A DNA stretch of 64,000 nucleotides from Chlorokybus atmophyticus (Eukaryota > Plantae > Mesostigma and Chlorokybus algae). Numbering within the stretch: the first letter of the stretch is position 1; every line of letters starts with the position of its first letter. The translations under genes and the position numbers were made by a program. Shown here in pieces: positions 63,860-64,000 of this stretch. Location of the stretch: the NCBI GenBank assembly GCA_009103225.1, contig RHPI01002533.1, forward strand, positions 338,841-402,840. Reading direction: 5' to 3'. The notes under the pieces are model-generated. The model searched no databases. It saw only the letters and a program-made list of their open reading frames with translations, and was not told the origin of the DNA.

Positions 63860-64000
63860 CTGAAATGACAGTATGTCAATTGTATATGTGAACATACACA
63901 AATCACACAGCTTGAGTGCCATGCCTTGCATGTTAAATGAGCCAAGAGTCAAGAAATTGTGGAACCTGATGATGGCAGCAAGAGCTTCACGTTGCCGCTG

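Overview
Intron-rich eukaryotic nuclear DNA from a green alga. Plastid-targeted EF-G and SOQ1 together with the flagellar gene CFAP69 imply a photosynthetic lineage with a flagellate stage. The land-plant-like AKR2 and AVP2 hint at an early-diverging streptophyte, which is inference only. Host genes, left to right: GlpF/GIP-type aquaglyceroporin (-), SMP-30/gluconolactonase (+), NFKBIL1-like ankyrin protein (-), type II H+-pyrophosphatase (-), AKR2 (-), SOQ1 (+), CFAP69 (+), plastid EF-G (-), two head-to-head disrupted paralogs of an F-box-like/zinc-finger family, and a tandem atypical-kinase gene (-) that runs off the right edge. Mobile DNA: two degraded Ty3/gypsy remnants, a LINE 3' fragment, two TA-flanked MITEs, a complete 1572-bp non-autonomous chromovirus derivative and a solo LTR. 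No tRNA, rRNA or CRISPR array was recognised. The most interesting observations are (1) a spliced pseudokinase-kinase tandem of the PI3K/PI4K-like/Fam20-like type whose first module has DRHxGN changed to NRHxGD, (2) an aquaglyceroporin with an ~200-aa loop-C insertion and an apparently aromatic-free A/V/V/R filter, (3) a mini-chromovirus whose PBS is fused directly to the integrase 3' end at a GAGC microhomology and whose LTRs are hairpin-rich, and (4) an orphan F-box-like plus SHI/DUS1L-type zinc-finger family. A 1.5-kb duplication inside CFAP69 is most likely an assembly artefact. All gene models and coordinates were derived by hand, and family assignments come from recalled motifs, not database searches.
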